Part shown: piece after piece, positions 31,871-32,000 of the stretch | Layout of the letters: each line of letters starts with the position of its first letter | How positions within the stretch are numbered: position 1 is the stretch's first letter | From: Fibrobacter succinogenes subsp. succinogenes S85 | GTDB lineage: Bacteria; Fibrobacterota; Fibrobacteria; Fibrobacterales; Fibrobacteraceae | Length of the DNA: 32,000 nucleotides | Assembly: GCF_000146505.1 (NCBI RefSeq) | Contig: NC_017448.1 | Coordinates: 1,170,001-1,202,000 of the forward strand | Reading direction: 5' to 3' | The notes under the pieces: generated by a model | What the model was told of the DNA's origin: nothing | What the model saw: only the letters and a program-made list of their open reading frames with translations | The model's database searches: none | Position numbers and translations under genes: made by a program

Positions 31871-32000
31871 ATGAGCGATAATTTGAAAAATAAACTCTAC
31901 GTGTGGGCGGTATTCACTGTCGGAGGGCTTATATTTGGAGCTTTTCTGGTTCCTATTTTCGGCTTTGAAAAAGTGTTTTACGTATTCCTTACATATTCTC
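31871..32000 (+). CDS. Partial membrane protein (5' end only; runs off the window)
   Basis: An ATG at 31871 opens MSDNLKNKLYVWAVFTVGGLIFGAFLVPIFGFEKVFYVFLTYS..., which stays open to the window end and includes one clear TM segment. Confidence 0.4.
   Translation, partial: MSDNLKNKLYVWAVFTVGGLIFGAFLVPIFGFEKVFYVFLTYS

Noticed and set aside
1-32000. Mobile elements, prophage, defence islands, tRNA or rRNA genes
   Set aside because: I saw no integrase, transposase or recombinase-like ORFs, no long terminal inverted repeats, no cloverleaf-like sequences and no rRNA signatures on either strand.

Overview
This 32-kb window looks like a Fibrobacter-type (Fibrobacterota) chromosome segment. That placement is an inference from a TIGR02145 'FISUMP' lipoprotein and a TIGR02147/DUF4423-type gene, not from a database search. 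Housekeeping genes (dusA, argF, bioB, pheA, rph, hisH, argG, recG, RNase P RNA) alternate with envelope and accessory loci. I saw no transposase, integrase, CRISPR array, tRNA or rRNA. Six things deserve a second look. (1) A minus-strand operon encodes an SDR, a CysK-family PLP enzyme and a LanC-like protein. It has no dehydratase, protease or exporter, and it sits behind a ~255-nt leader carrying a strongly SD-preceded 15-codon Cys-rich mini-ORF. (2) A TIGR02147-type HTH-like gene overlaps the first of three tandem lipoprotein paralogs, each built from two copies of a ~190-aa Cys-containing module that I cannot name. (3) An orphan solute-binding protein with a C-terminal membrane anchor lies next to a Cache-like/HAMP/GGDEF diguanylate cyclase, and no ABC permease or ATPase is nearby. 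(4) Degenerate tandem heptamers of the form (TAGNNNN)n recur in intergenic regions, the largest array having ~14 units. A related word, AGACGA[GA]AG, occurs at least 8 times outside gene bodies (one copy shares two bases with the pheA stop codon). (5) A 31-aa highly basic ORF is missing from the ORF track. (6) rnpB is hidden under three spurious ORFs. Several track ORFs begin at upstream non-ATG codons, and I trimmed them to SD-supported starts.
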